Part shown: one piece after another, positions 55,597-59,414 of the stretch | Position numbering within the stretch: the first letter of the stretch is position 1 | Layout of the letters: each line of letters begins with the position of its first letter | Origin: an uncultured Candidatus Saccharibacteria bacterium | GTDB taxonomy: Bacteria; Patescibacteriota; Minisyncoccia; UBA6257; UBA11618 | DNA length: 59,414 bases | Direction: 5' to 3' | Assembly: GCA_964362125.1 (NCBI GenBank) | Contig: CAYICS010000005.1 | Location: forward strand, 1 to 59,414 | The notes under the pieces: generated by a model | Told to the model about the DNA's origin: nothing | Databases searched by the model: none | The model's input: only the letters and a program-made list of their open reading frames with translations | Position numbers and translations under genes: made by a program

Positions 55597-57306
55597 TTAC
55601 TCTCTTATCACCCTCAACACCTCCTCAATCGTCGTCATCCCCCGCTCCACCTTGCGCAGACCGTCCTCAAACATTGTCATCATCCCCTGTTGCCTGGCCG
55701 CCTCACCTAAAGCATCCAAAGTAAATTCCGGACTGACAATCAGCTGGCGAATCTCTTCGGTCACATTGAGCATTTCAAAAATACCCAACCGTCCCTTATA
55801 ACCGGTCTGGCCGCAACTGGAACAACCCAAGCCCTTATAAAGCATCTTGGGTAATTTTATATTGGAATCAATCTTTAATTCCGTCAGTTGTTTCTTGATT
55901 GATTCTAAAATATGCGGTTCGGGGGTGTAAGAAGTGATGCAGGAAAGACAAATGCGGCGCACTAATCTTTGGGCGGCCACCAGATTCAAAACAGCCGCTG
56001 CCAGAAACGGCGGCACTTTTAAATCTAAAAGACGCGGGATGGCTGTCGGGGCATCATTGGTGTGCAAACTGGATAAAACCAAATGTCCAGTGAGGGCCGC
56101 CTGGACGGCGATATCAGCCGTTTCTTGATCACGAACCTCACCGACCATAACGATATTGGGATCCTGCCGGACAATTTCCCGGAGACCGCTGGCAAAAGTA
56201 ATCCCCTGCGCCGAATTAACCTGCGTTTGATTGATATACTTCATATCGTATTCAATGGGATCTTCGACAGTCACAATATTAACCTCGGGCCGATTCAAGA
56301 TATTAATCACCGAATAAAGCGTCGTCGTTTTACCAGACCCGGTTGGCCCGGTCACCAAAATCATGCCGTAGGTCTTCTTCATATTTTCACGGAGAATCAC
56401 CACATGATCTTCCAGCATTCCCAGTTCCTCAAGCGACTGCGGCCGCTGCGTGGCCGCCAGCAACCGCATCTCCACCTTCTCTCCATAGAAAGTGGGCATA
56501 ATAGCCACCCGGATATCCATTAAGTCATGGCCAATCTTGTAGCGGAAACGGCCGTCTTGAGGTTTGTTGTGTTCGTCTAATTTTAAAGAGGCCAAAAGTT
56601 TAATGCGGGCGGCGATGGCCGGATGAACTTCTTTGGGGATGCGAATAATTTCGTGAAGAATGCCGTCGATCCGATAACGAATCAACAGCTCTTTTTCTAA
56701 AATCTCCATATGAATATCAGAGGCCCGGGAAGAAATGGCATAAGCAATCAGGTTGTCGACAATAGCAATGATCGGCACTTCTTTGGCGGCTTCCTCAGTG
56801 CCAGCGGCTTGGGAGCGCATCGAGGCGCCAATATTTTCTTCAATAATTTTCTTGAAACTCTCAGCGGAACGGCGGCTGTAAAAAGAGAAGCCGTAATTTA
56901 AATCTTCCGGCGAGGCCAGGTAAGGAACAATTTTGGTTTTGAGGAGCTTTGATAAATAATCAATGGCTTCCAAATCCACAGGATTTTCCATAGCCACGGC
57001 ATAAGAACCATCTTGATTTTTGCCGAAAACAATCAGGCGGCGCTGGCGGGAGAGATCCTCCGGCACTAACTGGATAATAGCTTCATCGAGCGCCCGGTTC
57101 ATTAGACCGGCCCGCTCCGCTTCATAAAAAGCCGCTGCCAGATTGAGGTAGTAATCTAAAGTCAGCAGGTTGCGGGCGATTAAAATATCCGCCGGGTTCT
57201 GCCCCATGCGCTTCGCTTCCTGCAAGGCCATTTCAAAATCTTCTTCTTTAACAATACCGTCTTTAATTAACAGCTCCCGGAGCTTGTCTTCAGGAATGGA
57301 GAGCAT
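55597..57306 (-). CDS. pilB: Type IV pilus assembly ATPase PilB/GspE
   Basis: ASDIH, PQDGR, GPTGSGKTT, EDPIEY, RQDPNIVMVGEVRD, GYKGRLG. Confidence 0.95.
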   Translation of the reverse strand: MLSIPEDKLRELLIKDGIVKEEDFEMALQEAKRMGQNPADILIARNLLTLDYYLNLAAAFYEAERAGLMNRALDEAIIQLVPEDLSRQRRLIVFGKNQDGSYAVAMENPVDLEAIDYLSKLLKTKIVPYLASPEDLNYGFSFYSRRSAESFKKIIEENIGASMRSQAAGTEEAAKEVPIIAIVDNLIAYAISSRASDIHMEILEKELLIRYRIDGILHEIIRIPKEVHPAIAARIKLLASLKLDEHNKPQDGRFRYKIGHDLMDIRVAIMPTFYGEKVEMRLLAATQRPQSLEELGMLEDHVVILRENMKKTYGMILVTGPTGSGKTTTLYSVINILNRPEVNIVTVEDPIEYDMKYINQTQVNSAQGITFASGLREIVRQDPNIVMVGEVRDQETADIAVQAALTGHLVLSSLHTNDAPTAIPRLLDLKVPPFLAAAVLNLVAAQRLVRRICLSCITSYTPEPHILESIKKQLTELKIDSNIKLPKMLYKGLGCSSCGQTGYKGRLGIFEMLNVTEEIRQLIVSPEFTLDALGEAARQQGMMTMFEDGLRKVERGMTTIEEVLRVIRE

Positions 57307-57402
57307 AATCTTATTATAACACTAATTTTCAATTACCAATTTTCAATTTTCATTTAATGTACCTTAATTGAAAATTGAACATTGAACATTGAAAATTCCA
57401 GC

Positions 57403-57969
57403 TCAAATAATGAGCTGGGTGTACCACTCAAACTGCAATAGCCAGAAATTAAGGAAGATGGTGGCGGCGGCCAGCGGCAGCCAAAGATAATAGAAAGAAA
57501 CCCTCTGGGTTTCTTTCTTTAATATCCAATATCCAATTCCCAAGGCCAAATAAACAGCCAAAGAAAAAACAGTATACAAAATCCAGCCGGGATGGCCGGT
57601 GAGAAATAAACCCAAGGCGATAAAATAAATTTCCTCAGGCCAGAAAAACTTTTCCTGATACTTTCTATTAAAATACCCAATCACCAAATACCCCAATATC
57701 CCGACAATCAACGAAATCACATAAGCCAGCCAAATTCTGGTAAAAGTATAAAAAATAAAATAATTAATGGGGGCGTGGGGCGGCAAAAGAAACCGGCTGA
57801 TTTCATGACTTTTCCAAATAAGAAACTGCTGGTAGGTGGTATACCCTAAAATAACCGCCAAAATTACCACTGGTATCAGCAAAAGATAAAGCCCTCCGCC
57901 CTTGCGGGCAAAGGACCTTATCCAAATTACGAAGATAACGGCTAGACTCCCGGCACTAACCAGTTCCAT
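57403..57969 (-). CDS. Membrane protein in the pilus cluster
   Basis: 188 aa, multiple TM segments. Confidence 0.7.
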   Translation of the reverse strand: MELVSAGSLAVIFVIWIRSFARKGGGLYLLLIPVVILAVILGYTTYQQFLIWKSHEISRFLLPPHAPINYFIFYTFTRIWLAYVISLIVGILGYLVIGYFNRKYQEKFFWPEEIYFIALGLFLTGHPGWILYTVFSLAVYLALGIGYWILKKETQRVSFYYLWLPLAAATIFLNFWLLQFEWYTQLII

Positions 57970-57972
57970 TTA

Positions 57973-58563
57973 CTACAACTGGACATTAGTACCAACCTCA
58001 AAAAGATCGGCATTAGTGCCGCCATCGGTATTCTCTACATCATCATCGCCGCCATTAGAATAACGACCACTTTCCATATCAGCACTCAACTCAAAAGTGT
58101 TGTTAGCTTCAGTGCAGGCATAAGCGTAGAAGCGGTCTTTCTTAGGATCTCTGGGGTAAGCGGCTAACGGCGCTCCACCAGAAGTGGTCCCTAGATTAAC
58201 CGGAAGCCAACCGGTGCCATCAACTTTTTGAATAGCACTGGCGACAGTTGTCTTACCAGCATAACGACTACTGCAGTTGGCGCCAGCCGCTGGAGTCGAA
58301 TTATGAACCCAACATTTCCCGGCTACTGCCCCAACAGTATCACATAAGTTACCAGCATCATTATCAAGACTGATTGTCCCGGAAGTGGCAACATATAATC
58401 CCATGGCCGAGTTAACTTGGCCCAAATCAGCCAATCTCTGGGAATCCCGGGCTTCTTGGAAAATCTTGACCGGATTAATTACCAAGATGACTGTTGTTGC
58501 TAGTAAGGCAATAATACCAATGACAATAATTAACTCTATTAAAGTAAAACCTTTTGTAATCAT
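57973..58563 (-). CDS. Type IV pilin (probable major pilin)
   Basis: KGFTLIELIIVIGIIALLA..INP....ARDSQRLADL. Confidence 0.9.
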   Translation of the reverse strand: MITKGFTLIELIIVIGIIALLATTVILVINPVKIFQEARDSQRLADLGQVNSAMGLYVATSGTISLDNDAGNLCDTVGAVAGKCWVHNSTPAAGANCSSRYAGKTTVASAIQKVDGTGWLPVNLGTTSGGAPLAAYPRDPKKDRFYAYACTEANNTFELSADMESGRYSNGGDDDVENTDGGTNADLFEVGTNVQL

Positions 58564-58729
58564 AGTTTTTGATTTTACGACCTTTTAACTGAACTGACCG
58601 ACTTTCTTAATTATAACAGGCCTATTTCCGGCGACAACAACCAGCTGTGGAAAACCCCCACACCTAGTCAGCATTGCCCTGCAGGCAAAATTAACGAATA
58701 GTGTGCTAACTAGGTGTGGGGGAAAACCC

Positions 58730-59101
58730 CTATCCCCCCAGAAATCCCCTAACTTTCGCCACTAGGTCGTCAATTGGTGTCTGAGCTTTAACAAAATACT
58801 CCACTGCCCCCAATTCTTTGCCCCTAGCTACATCCTGCTCCTGGCCCAAGTTAGAAATAATCATAATGGGCGTCTGGCCGTACTGGGGGCTGGCAACAAT
58901 CTCTTCCATGGCCTCAAAACCCGACTTTCCGGGTAAGATAATATCCATCAAAATCAGGTCAAATTTATTCTCTTTGAGCAACTGCAAAACCTGGTCACCA
59001 TTAGTCGCTAAAACCACTTCCAAGCCCTCCTTAGTGAGGCGGGTTTGCAAAAGTGAAGAAAGGAATTGATCGTCTTCAACTAACAAAATTTTCTTTGGCA
59101 T
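58730..59101 (-). CDS. Single-domain response regulator
   Basis: ILLVEDD, DLILMDIILP, YFVK. Confidence 0.92.
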   Translation of the reverse strand: MPKKILLVEDDQFLSSLLQTRLTKEGLEVVLATNGDQVLQLLKENKFDLILMDIILPGKSGFEAMEEIVASPQYGQTPIMIISNLGQEQDVARGKELGAVEYFVKAQTPIDDLVAKVRGFLGG

Positions 59102-59351
59102 AGAATCATTTTAACTGGAGCCCCGCACCAGAGCAAGCTCGGTGCGGGGCCTCTTATTTACAAACTCGCTCCGCGCGCCAAAAAAAGGCGCTTGTGCGCT
59201 CGTGTAAATAAGGGCTTTCTAGTTGTCCCAATCGCTCGCTCCACTCGATGAAGCGAACGAGTCGTGACTTTGGGCTCCACGACTAACACCCTGCCTGCCC
59301 CGTAGTTAAAGCGAAGCTTTATACTTCGGGGTATCAACCTTTATTTCTTAG

Positions 59352-59414
59352 TTAAATGATCCACGAGCAGCTTCCGCTACCCGTGCCTTGTTACGACTTC
59401 TTCCGTGTCACCGA
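59352..59414 (-). rRNA. rrs: 3' end of 16S rRNA (helix 44 end and helix 45), no anti-SD
   Basis: GAAGTCGTAACAAGG-CACGGGTAGC-GGAA-GCTGCTCGTG-GATCA-TTTAAC; exact 3' end approximate. Confidence 0.92.

Overview
This is a 59-kb chromosomal window of a Patescibacteria/CPR (Parcubacteria-like) bacterium using genetic code 11; the taxonomy is inferred from gene content and repeat style. The right part (39-59 kb) is core: nrdAB, ftsZ/ftsA, ybeY, yqeY, rpsU, HIT, hisS, lepB, pth, a type IV pilus cluster, and the 3' end of an unlinked 16S rRNA that lacks the anti-Shine-Dalgarno. The left part mixes housekeeping genes (sodA, bcp, VKOR, dcd/tmk/thyX) with single-gene insertions. The 18-37 kb region is an accessory cassette zone (NYN, decayed TA, CsrA, CHASE2 cyclase, HNH/FokI-type R-M) ending at a tRNA-Asn with a group I intron. 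Main unexplained signals: (1) two diverged, covarying copies of a ~260-nt rod-shaped non-coding element (4580-4836 +, 55228-55523 -); (2) about ten genes with strong SD sites, mostly in self-contained units (sigma-28-like, CsrA, dTTP pathway, GNAT), although the 16S has no anti-SD and core genes have no SD; (3) an 18-bp motif and a related palindrome that delimit gene cassettes; (4) insertions that duplicate the 5' end of the target gene (HicAB/sodA, GIY-YIG/tRNA-Asn); (5) palindromic and heptamer elements inserted in-frame in proteins. All calls were made by eye from the sequence and the ORF track; no searches were run.
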